Origin: Lama glama
Lineage: Eukaryota
Direction of reading: 5' to 3'
DNA length: 64,000 nt
Assembly: GCA_028534125.1 (NCBI GenBank)
Contig: CM052817.1
Span: 59,150,001 to 59,214,000 of the forward strand
Notes under the pieces: generated by a model
Seen by the model: the letters and a program-made list of their open reading frames with translations, nothing else
Databases searched by the model: none
What the model was told of the DNA's origin: nothing
Position numbers and translations under genes: made by a program
Shown here: in pieces, positions 14,400-27,979 of the stretch
Layout: every line of letters begins with the position of its first letter
Numbering within the stretch: position 1 is the stretch's first letter

Positions 14400-15070
14400 T
14401 CTGGGGGCCTCCAAAACTCCAAGTCATCTCGCTCTTGGCCTATGGTAATTGCCTACTAAGTCTTCTTACTCTCTAGTAGATCCACTTTCTATACAGGAGC
14501 CAATCATTTTTTCCAATGTGTTGGGTCTTATCCCATCACTCTTCTGCATCAAGTTATCCTTTAATACAAACAAAATTGAAGACAGTCTTTATTATGAGAC
14601 TGCATGAGTGGCTTCTGACTACTTTTCTGACCTTGTTCTCTGTGATCTCCCCCCACTCCTTCCTCAGCAAACACACTGGTGTCCATGTTTGGCTCTGAGG
14701 TTTTTAACAGTACTATTTGCTTTTCCTGGGTTTTTTTCCTCCTTAGATGGTTATATTGCTGACTCTACCTATAATTTGGATGTTAAGTTAAAATGCACTT
14801 CCTTTGAGGTGATTTCTCTGACAACTCAACTGAATTAGTACTTACCCCTTCATTTAGTCATTCTCCAGCTCATTTCATTTGGTCACTTTCTCCATAGCTT
14901 TTAGCAATGCAGGAATGTATCACGTATAGATTACCCTTAGTCTCCCCTACATGGGATGTAAACTCTAAGAGGGAAAAGTTTGGTCTTGTTCATAATTGGT
15001 AAAATACTGCCTAAAATTTAGTAGGTGCTCAATAACTATTCTTTATCTAAAAAACTGAACAAATAATAAA
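14400..15070 (+). mobile_element. L2 LINE 3' fragment
   Basis: Pyrimidine-rich L2 body ending gatgtaaactctaagaggg...tagtaggtgctcaataactatt. Confidence 0.7.
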
Positions 15071-16389
15071 TGGGTTTTAAATTCTGGCCACAGTATAAGA
15101 GTATTTCTGAGTTTTAGGGGGCTTTTTGGTTGGTTGTTTTGTTTTGTTTCAGTTTCTGTTTATATACCTACTTCTAAAATTCTCAAAAGGAGCATTCTGA
15201 TGAACATATAATCCTTACAGAGCTTTCTTCCATGGGATATAGCATCGACATAATTTAAGTATATATTAGTAAAATTATTTTTATAGCCATATTTATTTGT
15301 CTGATTATATAGTTCTACATCTCATTTTACTTGACCTCATTAGTGCAGTCTCACTGTTTATTTAAGATTGGGCCACACTAGATCTCATGTATAACAGGGA
15401 ACTGGTCATTTTAGTGAGAACTGTACTGCACTGAAGATGTTTGAAAACATCTAGAAATAGAGTTAATGTTACTTCAACCACATTTCATCAAAGTTGTTTT
15501 CTTCTCTCTGCCACTAAATTTCAAAATCATGGGTTTTACTCTTGCTTTTAGAAGTTTTTAAGATATTGAAAAGTTAAGATACCATTATTTTCCTGAGACT
15601 TTCTCTGAAATATTGTTTTTCAAGATTGGAAACTCTTTTCCGTCTTTAAAATTGGATTATTGTAATGCTGCCCTTAAAAATTCTTAAAGTAGAGCTTACG
15701 TAACTTCCCCCCACTCCGTAGTCTGTATTAAGTATTATTGTTTTCAGAGTATTCTACTTCAAGCTGTTCCTTGTGCCCTATATAGCATAGAGGTTTCTCT
15801 TCTTTCCATGCTCCTCCTCTTGCAAAGAGAGCAGCTGTTGTCCTGTAAAAGAGTGCCAAGTTTAATCTCTAAGCTCCTGGAGGCAAGACAGGCCCTCCTG
15901 AAGGCCCTCATTTCTAGAAATCTGTGCCCCAAATCGGCAAGAAAAGACCTTGTTAATTTAAGGGTGCCTGAGTCATACATCAAATTTATCCTACTTGGCT
16001 AGGATTAACTATTTGACAAGAAGCACAAACTATAGTAACTGGAACTCAGTTAATTGTGCTGCCTTTCATATAAATAGAGTCATGCAGAAGTTTGATTTAG
16101 AGGTCTCAGAGAGACCAGGGTTCAGATCTATTTTGTCATGCTAAGTGTGGGGGCAGAACACACACAGCTCTGAAGTCGCCATCTGCTTCTCTCTACCACA
16201 CACAAAAATACACAGCTCCCTGCATTTATAAACATTTACCTGATATACATGTGTATATAGTCACTGATGTGAGCAGGTGTTTCTTTTTCATTTGTGGAAC
16301 CCTCTATTCAATTACATTTCACACACCTGAGCAGAATATAGATTTCTTGATAACAGAAATAAGATCACAGTTTCACCTATGTGTAATAC

Positions 16390-16625
16390 TGACGCTGGTA
16401 GTAAACATCCTGATAACAGGTCCTCTGCTATGTACTTTACGTAGGTCATTTAAGCTCTGTAACACTCTGAGAAGTAAGGATTAACCCTATTTAAGAAGTA
16501 AGACTACAGAGTCTTTGACCCTCTAAGTAACTTGTCCAAAGTTATGTAGCAGAAATTATTCTACAGCCAAAATATTAATTCAGCACTGCCTGATGCCAAG
16601 TGTATGCTGTTTCTACTATGCTAAA
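16390..16625 (-). mobile_element. MIR SINE
   Basis: ctctgctatgtactttacgtagg...ttaaccctattt...aagtaacttgtccaaagttatgtagc is a reverse MIR. Confidence 0.6.
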
Positions 16626-18289
16626 TAGCCTGTCAATAAAATTCACTTGACTTGAGCTAGTATATATAAATTACATAGTTCCTCATCCCCTAGTAGGAGC
16701 CCCAGATCCATCAATAGTTCTTAGAGTGACAGGTTTCAATAAATCGTAAGATCTTATTTAAAACGATAAAGAATCACATTTCATTTTTAAAATATGTTCC
16801 TGATTATTATGTACTTATAATACATTATATGAAAGCATATTATACATTTAAAAAATAAAGTCTACATATTAACAGATATACAATATATAAGAACATAAAA
16901 CCCCAAAAAATGTTTTGAAAGAAAAGTTTAGGACTTCACCTTAAAAGTAGTGTAAAATAAAATTCTGTATAATAATGATTTTCAGAAGAATGATACGAAT
17001 TATGAAAAGAACTAACAAAGGATTTCATGATAGTCAATCCATTTTCTTAGATCGGGTAGTTTCCAGTTTTCTACTTCTGGAAGCATTTATCTTTCTATAC
17101 AACTACCTATACTGTGTTCATGAGCCTTTGAAACAATCGAATTTATAGTCTGGAAAGTGAAGCTACCTTATTATGAAAAAAATTGCTAATCTAGAGCATA
17201 TTTGCAATTACATAATATCTTTTATGGTGTAATATATATAGTTTAATTAAGAGTTGAAAACATGCTTTGGGTTTAAGCCAATCCACAAATCATTACTGTA
17301 CTTCCAAAAGATTCTTTACATTCAAATACAGAACATGTTAAGTATTCTGCTAAGAACTGAATACTGAAGAGGAAGTAATTTTGCTTCCACATAAAGATTA
17401 TTTCAAACTTATTTCCTGTTAACCATATGCCTACTTTAAAGAAAGAAGAAGTGACAATTATATGCCTGCCATTTACTCAAAAATTGCAGTGCACATGTTT
17501 TCAATTATACTTTGCAATGTAATCAGTTTATATGCTTTGTCATTTATGTCCTTTATTTTCTCTTCAGCTGCTTTGCAGAAGTAGAAAACTGGAAACTACC
17601 CCATCTAAGACAATGGACTGAATATCATTTTACTATAAACTTACTCAGATTCCCAAGATGGTCTTAGTATGGCAGAGATATTTTGCATAACTTCATTGAG
17701 ATCATGAACTGATTAGTACTCAAGGAAAATGAAAGGGTTGAAGAATTAGATATTCTCTTTTCTCACGTCATACATGTAGTTAAGAAACGACAGCTCATTT
17801 ATTCTTTGTGAAGATGGCATAAGGTGAATGGGAAAAATAAACAACAGCAATGATTTATTATTAAAGATATTGTAATAGTTATGCTCTTGAATCTGTTTCT
17901 CAGATAAAAAGTGAAATCTCCTGTTCCTGAAATCTACATCTCCCACAATCAAAAATTCACTTCAGCAAAAGCTGCATCTATATTAGCATTTCAATGGTGG
18001 CAATTTTCATTGTATTATTCAAATCACTTTAATCTCCCTCTTTATTTCAGGAGGGGCAGGATCAAATTATATGGGATTGACACTTTCTACAAAATTCATA
18101 GAGCTAAACAAAAATGTCAAGATAGAGTCACCATGAAGAGTTTTTTTTTTTTCTTTTGTGCATTCCTAAGGAGTGACTACACTGGTTAGAAATCTTAAAT
18201 GGATCCTATCACCCACTGACCAAAGTCCTTATGAATATGGCATTCATGACCTACATTCTGATCTCATCCACACTTTACCACACGCGTCT

Positions 18290-18690
18290 TTCCATTCAAT
18301 GTAAACTGCACCTGTATGGATGCTTAATATTTCCTGTTAGCCCTTGCAGTCCCTTGTTTTATTCCACGTTATTGATGACAGTGTTACTACTTCACCATGG
18401 AAATCCTTATCTCATTCTCCATTCACCCAGATTTTCACCACCACCAAATCCTCATGTGATACCCTCCATAATATCTTTCAGATCTCACTCCTTGAACCTG
18501 CTGAAAGCAACATTGCATACTCCTGTATCTTCATCTTTTATTTGTATTATTACAGCTCTTGTTAGTTTTCCTTGTACTCTATCTGTGCACATAATTACTT
18601 GAAGACAGGGACTTGCCTTAGTCATCTTTGTATTCTTTCAGCCCTTAGAATGGCTTAAAATATTGTAATTTCTCAAACATTATTTAATTT
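18290..18690 (+). mobile_element. L2 LINE fragment
   Basis: Ends cttgaagacagggacttgccttagtcatctttgtattc...ctcaaacattattt, an L2 3' motif. Confidence 0.55.
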
Positions 18691-19048
18691 AATCTTAAAT
18701 AGTTCTTGAAAAGCTGAGGTTAGACTACCTTTGTTATTCTAATTCTAACGTCGCAAAGCAAGTAAAACAATGCTTTTTGAGTAAGTGCCTAAATACTGAG
18801 CAACTGGGGCCTCTATAGTCAAAAGAGTTAAAGTAACCAGAGTGCTTGCCAGTTGGGGTGATATGAATAAAGACCTGCACCGTTAACCTCGTTCTTGGTG
18901 TATCTCGCCAGGTTTAGTGGATAAAAATAGTAACCTTATATTATGACATTTCTTTTTATATTCAAACTTTTTTTAAAAGATAACTTTATCAGAATGCCTA
19001 AGGACAGATAAATTTCTTACATCATATTAAATTTTTTATATCTGTGTA

Positions 19049-19953
19049 CAGTTGACCATTGAACAATGTGAGAGTTAGGGGCACTGACCCCCTGAACAAT
19101 CAAAAATACTCATATAATTTTTGATTCCCTCAAACTTAACTACTAATAGCCTATCATTGACCAGAAGCCTCACCAATAACAAATACTCAATTCACATATA
19201 TTTTATATGTTATGTGTATAATATACTTATTCTTATAGTAAGGAAGCTAGAGAAAAACGTTATTTAAAAAATCATAAGAGAACATACATTTACAGTAGTA
19301 CTGTATTTATTGATACTGAAAGTTTACATCATCTATTCACAAGGTGAATCATCTGTCACTACCTACATCAGTATTGTCTTATATGATAAAAAACCACTAA
19401 TATTCTATGTATTAATAACACGACATCAAAAATGGAAAGATAGTGTGAAAAAGTTTATATTTACTTACAGGTGTAACGATTTAAGCATTATTAAAAAATA
19501 TGATTGCTACATGGTAGCCTAGCCTATACACTAATGAGTAAATTGTTATAAAATGTTTATCAAATACAGTTTTACAGTCATATTCATAATACAATATTGG
19601 AAATAAAAAAACACTTACCTGTGAAAATAGATTGGATAAGCTGTTTTTACAGTTATGAGAGGGAGAGGCATACATGGTAATGGAATTCTTAGAAAGCAAA
19701 GTCATAAAACAGAAAATTAACAGGTTATTAATTTCACATTAAATATTACCTTATGCCTATATAAGGAGGACTTACCTCTATATATATCTTATGCATTCAT
19801 GACATTTTCATAATTTTTTGATATTTCAAGCCTATGCAGTTTACCATTAAGTTATTTTAAATTGTCCAAATCTCAAAAATTTTTCCAATGTGTTTATTGA
19901 AAAAAATCTGCATACAGTGGACCTGTGTATACTTATTGTTCAAGGGTCAACTG
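19049..19953. mobile_element. Complete non-autonomous Tigger2-derived DNA transposon (905 bp)
   Basis: TIRs cagttgaccattgaacaa (19049-19066) and ttgttcaagggtcaactg (19936-19953) match at 17/18. TA target duplication on both sides (19047-48, 19954-55). Confidence 0.92.
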
Positions 19954-19999
19954 TAATACCTTTACCATAATATTCCTGGCATAGTGCACTAACATATTT

Positions 20000-20720
20000 C
20001 ATTCTTTACATGTTGACAAAGTACTATGTATCAGCTCTATGCTAGGCAGTGAAAATATAACTGCACAATATAAATGCAATTACTTTTCTTGTGGTTTCTG
20101 TGATCTGGTTGGAAATAAAGAGTAGGCAGAAAATTGTAACACTGTCACATGGCTGTTATGTTTATATGAGATACCATCAGAGCATTAAGGCACTTAATTT
20201 GAGGAGTTAGGCAACGTTTCTTGGAAGAACTGATGTTTATGCTGCAACTTGAAGGGAAAGTAGAATTAGCCAGGTGAAGAGGGACTAAAGAAAGTATGCA
20301 GAGGAAACAGATGAGATTGTTCTTGAGTCTGGGAAATAAAAGATATCAGCATGACTGGAATGTAGAATACAAAATTAGAAATGACAAAGGAGGCAAGAAA
20401 AGTATTGAAGGACATTGAAATGATTTAAGAAATTTGAACTTTAATCTGAGATCAATGGGAGACATTGGCGCTTTCAAGGGAATGACATGATTCAAATTAT
20501 TTTCCAAAAATTACTTAGGCTGCACTGTGGATAATGGAGCGGATGTAGGTGGGCAAGGCCAAGGTAGAAAGAACAGTGAGTCTCCATCTGTAGTTGTCAG
20601 TGATCATGGTCTGAGCAGTGGAAGGGGCCAAGGAAGTGGAAAGTATAATGATTATATAATTGAATGTATGTGTTGGGTAAGGAATGAGAAGTTAATGATG
20701 ACTCTCAGCAGTGTGACTTT
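20000..20720 (-). mobile_element. L2 LINE 3' fragment
   Basis: tactatgtatcagctctatgctaggcagtg...ttggaagaactgatgttt...gaaatttgaactttaatctgag...ggaatgacatgattcaaatt, reverse L2. Confidence 0.75.
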
Positions 20721-21131
20721 TACAACTGAGAAGGTGATGTTGCCATCCGACCATTAAGCCAGAAATGCTGGAGTAGGGCAATGGCCTTTCTGCACCTGAG
20801 TAATGAAAACTAAGAACTCCTGTCTCAGAGCTGTGAAGTCTAGACCAATGTAGACCCACATGCTGAGGGTCAGGAAAAAAATTGAGAGTGTGCATTATTT
20901 ACTTAAGTCATTTTTCATGGTAGGATTTTCTATGCAGAGAATTTTTTAGATTGTGCTTACAATGATAGATAATGATAAAATGAGTTTAAAAAGGCAAATG
21001 CTTGTCATTTGAAATGGCATTGTAAGAGTTTTTACTTGGATATTTCAAAAAGGAAAAGTTTGACAACATGAATATTCAGGAAATTAAATAATGTTATCAA
21101 CATGGTTATTGTCTACATGAAAAAGTTCAGG

Positions 21132-21159
21132 AGCAGAACAGCAGAACAGCAGAACAGCA
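21132..21159. repeat. Tandem repeat (AGCAGAAC)x3.5
   Basis: Read directly: agcagaacagcagaacagcagaacagca. Confidence 0.9.
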
Positions 21160-21231
21160 ATGAGGTTTCAAAAGTAAGCCTGCTGAATTGCTTAAGTCAA
21201 ACTTAATAGGTGTGATAAGAAAAGTTGCAAT

Positions 21232-23658
21232 TGAGAGAGATCAAGATAGTGGAGTAAGAGGACATGGAGCTCACCGCTCTCTATGAACATATCAAAATAT
21301 ATCTACATGTGAAATAATTCTCACTGAGAGGTAACTAGAAGCCAGCAGGAGGAACTCCTGTACAATCAAGACTGTAAGAAAGATGCACACATAATTGGGT
21401 AAAAAGAGAAGAAAAATGACTGAGTTGGGACCTGTACTCCTGGGAGAGGACTTAGGAAAAGGGATATCACATGGGCAGATGCCCATCCTGGGGAGTGAGC
21501 AGTTCAAGCCACAGACAGGGTGTCTCAGTCTGGAGGTGCTATGCAGAGAAGAAAAGGCCCCTTGGCTGGTTGGAGGACCCTGGGGCAAATAGAAGGGCTG
21601 TGGGAGGCCTGGATTCTGCTCTTGAGGAGTATGGGTGTGCTGGTTAGGCCCCAAGGTGGGGCTGAGAGAGGTCTGCCCTAGTGGCTGCTGGGTTTCTTCC
21701 TAACCCCCTTGCCATGCACACCAGGTGGAGCTGAGCTAATGCTCCAGCCCCACTCACTCCACATCACAGCACTGAACTTGGGATGGCCATGACCAGAAAA
21801 AAGACCATGGGACACAGTGGTGACCCAGTCCTGGGGTGGATCCTGGGTGGGGTGGTGGCCACTGTTGGTGCTACCTCAAGAAGCACCTCAGAAGCTGCTC
21901 AGATCACTGACATCAGCTGCTCCACCACAGCTCACCCCCAGATACACTCCAAGAGTCCACATGGGCCCCAGCTTCCCTGCAGAGTGATTCTAAGACAAGG
22001 TAGGGGGGTTAGTGGAGCTGGGGGCAGTGATTGGCTGTGAGGGGAAAAGGGGACTTGCACCCAAAGCTGCACATAGGCCCCAATTGTCTCAGCACTCCCC
22101 ACCACTGGGGCAAGGATCCCAGTGTAGGCCGAGGGAAAAACACGCATTTGACACAATCGGAACCAGCCCAGGACCAACCCTCATGGCTTCTGCTCCAGCA
22201 GTTTTGAATCTGACTCCATCCCCTCTAGGGCGGCAATAGCCACTGAGCAAGAGGGAAGCCCCACCTTACACCCAGTTCCAGCTCTAGCCTCTCCATCTAG
22301 AGCCCTATCTCCTACCAAGGTGACAGCTGCCAGCACACCCTGAGGGAAAATGTGACTTGCATTCATGTCAAATCCAGCTCTCCCACCAAAAGCACTGGAC
22401 ACAGGCTATACAAGGACACCCCTACATAAGGACACCGCTTGAAGACCACAATAGGTAATTGTCTCCCCTGAATTCACAAAGACAGAGAAAATTAAGCAAA
22501 ATGAGAAGACACAGGAACTGTTCTCAACTGGACAAGCAAGAGAAAACTTCTGAAAAAATAATGAAACAAATAATTTACCAGATAAAGAAGTCAAAACATT
22601 AATAAAGTTGTTAATTGAATTAGGGAAAAGAACTGAAGTAATAATGAACACTTCAACAAGAAACTAGAAAATCTAAGGACCCAATCAGAAATGAAGAATC
22701 CAATAGCTGAAATAAAAACACACTAGAAGGAATGAATATCAGACTAAATGATACCAAAAAACACATAAGTGATCCAGAAGATAGAATAGATAGATAATGG
22801 AAATCACCCAATCAGAACAGAAAAAAAATTAAAAATTAAATCAATTTAAGAGATCTCTGAAATAACATTAAGCATGTCAATATTCACATTATCGGGGTCC
22901 AAGAAGGAGAAAAGAGAAGGTGATTGAAAATGGATTTGAGGAAATTATGGCTAAAAACTTCTCAATCCTGAAGAAGGAAACAGATATCCTGGTACAGGAA
23001 TCACAAAAGGTCCCAAACAAGATGAACCCACAGTCCTGCACTAAGACATATCATAAGTAAAATGGCAAAAGTTAAAGATAAAGAGAGAATTTTAAAGGCA
23101 GCAAGAGAAAAACAAAGTTGTATACAAGAGTATCCCCATAAATCTATCAAGTGATTTCTGTGCAGAAACATTACAGGCCAGAAGGGAGTGGCATAATATA
23201 TTCAAAGTGCTGAAAAGGAATAACCTGCAACCTAGGATATTCTACCCAGCAAGATTATCATTTAGAAGAGAAGGAGAGAGAATGTCTCAGAGAAGCAAAA
23301 ACTGAAGAGTTCATCAATACTAAACCTGTGCTAAAAAAATGTTAAAGAATCTTCTCTAAGTGGAAAAGAAGAAAGAACTTATAGGAAAGGGGAAATCACA
23401 CTAGGAAAAGCATATATATATATATGACTGAGGATCAATCACCTAAGACAGTATGAAGATTAAAAGATAAAAAATTGTAAAAGCAACTATAACTACAATA
23501 AACAGTTAAGGGATAAGCATGAAGATGTAAAATATGACATCAAAAACAAAAATGTGGGAGAGTAAAAAATGTAGATCTTGAAACTATGTTTGGACTTAAA
23601 TGACTACTATTTTAAAATAGATTGAGTTATAGGTCAACATTTATGAACTCCCATGATA
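21232..23658 (+). mobile_element. LINE-1 with intact 5' end: 5' UTR, decayed ORF1 (~22500-23400), stops in the inter-ORF region
   Basis: Begins gagagagatcaagatagtggag (decayed CAAGATGGCG 5' motif). GC-rich UTR. ORF1 hallmarks gaaattatggctaaaaacttctcaatcctg and caacctaggatattctacccagcaagattatcatt (QPRIFYPARLS). No ORF2. Confidence 0.9.
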
Positions 23659-24639
23659 AAGAGAAGTCATAATGTTACTATTTGGATTGGAACTTTTCAG
23701 ATAACTTTAACGGACAGCTTCTTTAACATACTTTAGGAGACTTGGAAAAGCATGTTCAAACGATCTAAGAAATCTGATATTTACCCCAGGTCTTCACTCT
23801 TTTTTAATGTGATTACCAACCAGGAATACCTGTTTGCATTTTAGGTGTATGAGTTGGCTCTAGGTTCAGGTGGCTTATGACAAGTCTCTAGTTACTATGT
23901 CTGTGCTAAGCGGTAAGTTATCCTTTGGGGCCACAGGGGGAAATACATGGTATTTGAAAATACTCAGAAGAATAATGAGAAGGAAGATCATTGTTTCCAG
24001 AGATAATAGGAAAACTGCCAAGAAGTCTAAATCACACTAAAATGACCTTTTGAAGAGATCTTGTGGATTCAGTAACTTTCCCAACAAGGCACAGAAAAAA
24101 AAATGCCTCAGAAGCCACAATTCATTCTAGCATATTATATTTTATCATGAGTAATAAAATTAATTCCAAGGAATAATATTAAATCAATAAGCTTATCAAA
24201 ATGAATCAAACATAAAAAAAACCCATATCCAGGCACGTTTAAGAACATTCTAAGGTTCCTGTAGAATACATCTTCAATTTATTCTGATCTAACACTTCTT
24301 TAAGTGACACTTGAGAATATTTAAATATTACATTTTATTCGAAATGCTGAAAGAGTCCCTCAGCAATTGAACCAGCAGATTCTGCTGCCTTTCACTTTAG
24401 GAATATACAGCTCTCAATCACTGCACCATAAAAATAAAACTTTAAATGAATTAGACAATAATTAGTATTTTGCTTCTTATCATATACATTCATTTCTTTT
24501 GGTAAACACATTTGCTTTTCTGAGCAAAATTCTATGTTAGAAATTGTGGATGATTCTTCCAATAAAAACAACTATTGGACATTATGCATTAACGTTTAAA
24601 ATGCAAGTTGGACAGGTTTGATAGTAGCCCCCTTTAAAA

Positions 24640-24902
24640 GAATGGGATTCTTCAACTTTGATGCAAATCTACTCTGTGCAGCATCCACCTGGGCTGCTTC
24701 GCCTGATCAACTGGCGCACTTGGGGAGCAGAGGGAATTGATGTGCACATAAAGCCTATCCTGCCTGCTATGTCCTGAGAAATAAAGTCCCAGAGTCTTGA
24801 GCCTGGACTCAGATGTCCTCTGCCAGCATCTGTGAAATGATGGTGGCCAACTTGTCAGCTTGTAACCTGAGTAAAATCTCAAACTCTTCACAGTTCTTGA
24901 CA
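24640..24902 (+). mobile_element. ERV LTR 3' portion (family not determined)
   Basis: AATAAA at 24780 followed by a U5-like tract ending gtaaaatctcaaactcttcacagttcttgaca (terminal CA). Confidence 0.6.
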
Positions 24903-24999
24903 TGTACTGTTATTTTTCAATACGATTTTTGAAAAAAATTCCACCAATATTTTATTAAGCATAATAAATACTCAGAAAATATTTATATAATAAATGTAT

Positions 25000-25145
25000 C
25001 AGCTTGCTGGAAGCTGTGTTTAAAATGTAGAACCTAGGTCCCAATACAGCAGACTTTCATAATGATTCAAATTTTCTGAAGGTGAAACTCATTTTAACTA
25101 GCATCCTAGGTGATTCTTTGACCCCACTTAAGTCTGAAAACAAGT
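25000..25145. mobile_element. MER5-like hAT-Charlie MITE fragment
   Basis: gtttaaaatgtagaacctaggtcc...cattttaactagcatcctaggtgattct...aagtctgaaaa resembles MER5A. Confidence 0.55.
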
Positions 25146-26634
25146 GATATCAGGAAACAGATGGTTAGACTACTTCTTACATTGTTATATAAACTAATTT
25201 TTAAAATCAGTCCACTGAGCCATACTACAGTTTTGTGAGAAACACTATCTCCTGAGGGTTAAAATGTGGTTAATATATTTAGAATATTATTTGCCCAAAT
25301 TGTGGGAATATTTTTCATTTCTTCATGTACTCTGTAGAATGTCTTTTGTTCCTCACTGGGTTAACAAAATTGATTATTTTGCACCTGGCACTAATTATGT
25401 ATGTTAACAGAAACCTGAAAATAAGTGAGTAAGTCTCTTGTTATGTGTTATGTGTTACAGAAATACTCATTGGTGGTGACTATATATATGTATATGTGTA
25501 TCTATCCATCTATCTGTATCTGTATCTATGATTTGAATAACATGCATTAGACAAATCATTAAATGTTTCATGGTTAAAAGCTGAATCTTAAAGATACAGC
25601 TAAAATGTTTCCTGTAGCCTGGTTACCCACCTTAAGATACACTTTCTTCATTGCATCATCCTTTTCTTTTCTGATCTTTCTTCTGAGAACATGGAGGTTA
25701 CATAGCTCTCTACTAGTGGTTGGGCATACATATAAAAAAGAAGTACCATCCTTTCCCTTAGATAACTCATGTTATGAAATGGTAATTATAGGGTAAAAAC
25801 ATAAGCAACAAGCAAAATTTAACTACAACATTGTGAATAAATGTTAACTGGAAAAAAAGGGCATGTTACCATGGAAAACAGTTTCTCAAAGAATATATTA
25901 GAATAGATCAGAGTGGCTTCTAGAAGAAGGGGTTAGTAAACTCTTGTGCAATAAGGCTAGTAAATGCATCAAGAGAAGTGAAATAATTTCCGTTACCTAA
26001 AGCTGAAATAGTCCTACTAACTGGTAAAACAACTGAAATACTTCTTCTTCAATGACTAATACCACAAGTGCAGGAGATGATGGAATGTAGCATATGCTAT
26101 AGGCTTAACCATGGCAAGTGGTTTCATGGTCACAAAATTTCAAATGCTGAATTTCAAATGCTGTTTTTACTCTTCCTTCATAAATTACAACACCATTTAA
26201 CTTCAATCATTATAATCGAATGGCAAGGAAAAAAACCAAAATTCTTAAAACTTTTTACTTATAGAGAAATGACACTTTACCTTAGCTTCACGGTAGTGTG
26301 ATGAAGGCTAGAAGTAACAACTTTGGCCAAATATACTGGATATATTTGCACACTGGGAATAATGGGAAAAGCTCCTTATTATAAGAAGACAGTTATCAGC
26401 TTGAGGACAGCAATGATTTGCTGCCAGTTGCTGCAAAGCAAGGTGAAGAAAAATGCAATGATTTCCTTTATAATGTACATATTTAATCTTTCATATTTTG
26501 ACATAGTTATACATTATTAGTGATAGGATTTAACATATCTATGAAAATTCCATTGTGATGAAATACTAGATATCCTTATGTTAGTTGTAGAAGTCATGTT
26601 CCTATTTATTGTATTGACAGTCTTATACATGGTA

Positions 26635-26775
26635 ACCATCACGCTAATATTTATGATGTGCCAAGCACTGAGCTAAGCATATTACATAGAAGTAACGCAT
26701 TCGATTCTTTAATCTTCTCTATGAGTAAGATTCTTTGTTACACCTCTTTCTATCAGTGGAGATGGGCCTAAGGAA
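26635..26775 (-). mobile_element. MIR SINE fragment
   Basis: atgtgccaagcactgagctaagcatattacatag...ctatgagtaag, reverse MIR tail. Confidence 0.55.
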
Positions 26776-27119
26776 AACCTGATATCTGAGTGTGATGAGA
26801 GATGTTGTGACTGGAAAAACTGACCTGTAGTTTAGATAGTTTTAGTAAAAACCCAGGAAGGGTCTTGAATGTCTTGTATCAATTAGTTGTTTTCGGTGAA
26901 TAGACAGGCACGTAACCTGAATCTTCAAAATGATGAAGGGACGATGTGAAGTCATGCGAGAATGGCAAAGCCAAGGTTCTAGTACTTCACTGGCGGGCCT
27001 CTGGGAGGCTGTGTTGTTGTTTCTCACTTCGAACAATTGTCTCCCGAACAATTGAGTTTCACATCCTCATCATTACAGATGTTTGTTTTTTATTTGTTCA
27101 CATCTTTCATCAGTCACAT

Positions 27120-27265
27120 CATCATCCTTTTATGTATATCGTACATCCTCATTTTGCACGTGAGGAAGGCAAAGTGCAGTGATGTTAACGAATTTACCAC
27201 TTTACACAGCCTTTATGTGACTAAGAGAGGATACAGTCTAAGAACTGTGTCAGAGCACAGCTTCT
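27120..27265 (-). mobile_element. MIR SINE fragment
   Basis: atcctcattttgcacgtgaggaaggcaaagtgcagtgatgttaacgaattt, reverse MIR core. Confidence 0.55.
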
Positions 27266-27979
27266 GTACTAGTATGGCTTAATAGCTAAAATTTTTGTTA
27301 GTCAAAGGACAGTTTTCCACAGATAAGGGCCACCAACATACCTCCTGGACAACTATGTGAAAGCTAATAGAGTTGCTACTTAAACACATCTAGCTACCTA
27401 ATTATGCTGAAGTTAATCAGTATTCATAAGTAGGGGACAAAGGAAACACAGAATGCAAGTCTTCTGATTTGTTCCTTTACAATCGGGTTCATCTCTGGTG
27501 GAGTTAGATGAGCAAGCGCCGTCTCTGGCTCTTTCCCACGGCAGCGTTTTACTTTATGTGCACTCTCTCCTTGCTCTGTGCCGCTGGTGTAGCATATTTT
27601 GCCAGAAGGGCAGCATTACTTGATCAATAGGAGCAGATTCAGGTTGTTGGGGAAAAAAATTGTAGTGATGCTTCAGGTGCAGCCCAGAATCAATAAGGAA
27701 GAGTGCTTCTTAACAGAGTGAAATAAAGAGCAATTGCTTACCGCAGCTGAATGACATCCCACGTTGGATCGTTGTCCATGCAGGAGGCTGACAGGCACCA
27801 GACAGAGGGGCTGTGAGATAAGCAGTTGACATGGTTACAAATGGAGTAGACCAAAGAGATGATTTAACTTCAATTGGTAAATTACATCTGTAGTTATATA
27901 AACTGTCAGAGTCAGGAAAATGTTTCGTTCTTGAGTACATTCAAGAAAATATTGGATGGAATTGCAGTTTTAATCTACG

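Noticed and set aside
15748..16002. Possible cryptic exon after ttgttttcag
   Set aside because: An acceptor-like site is present, but there is no clear donor or recognisable protein similarity; cannot be supported without conservation data.
18231..18602. 123-aa ATG ORF
   Set aside because: Lies in pyrimidine-rich L2-like sequence that is naturally poor in stop codons.
21600..22400. GC-rich region as a CpG-island promoter
   Set aside because: It is the L1 5' UTR and is CpG-depleted (TG/CA-rich), indicating long-term methylation.
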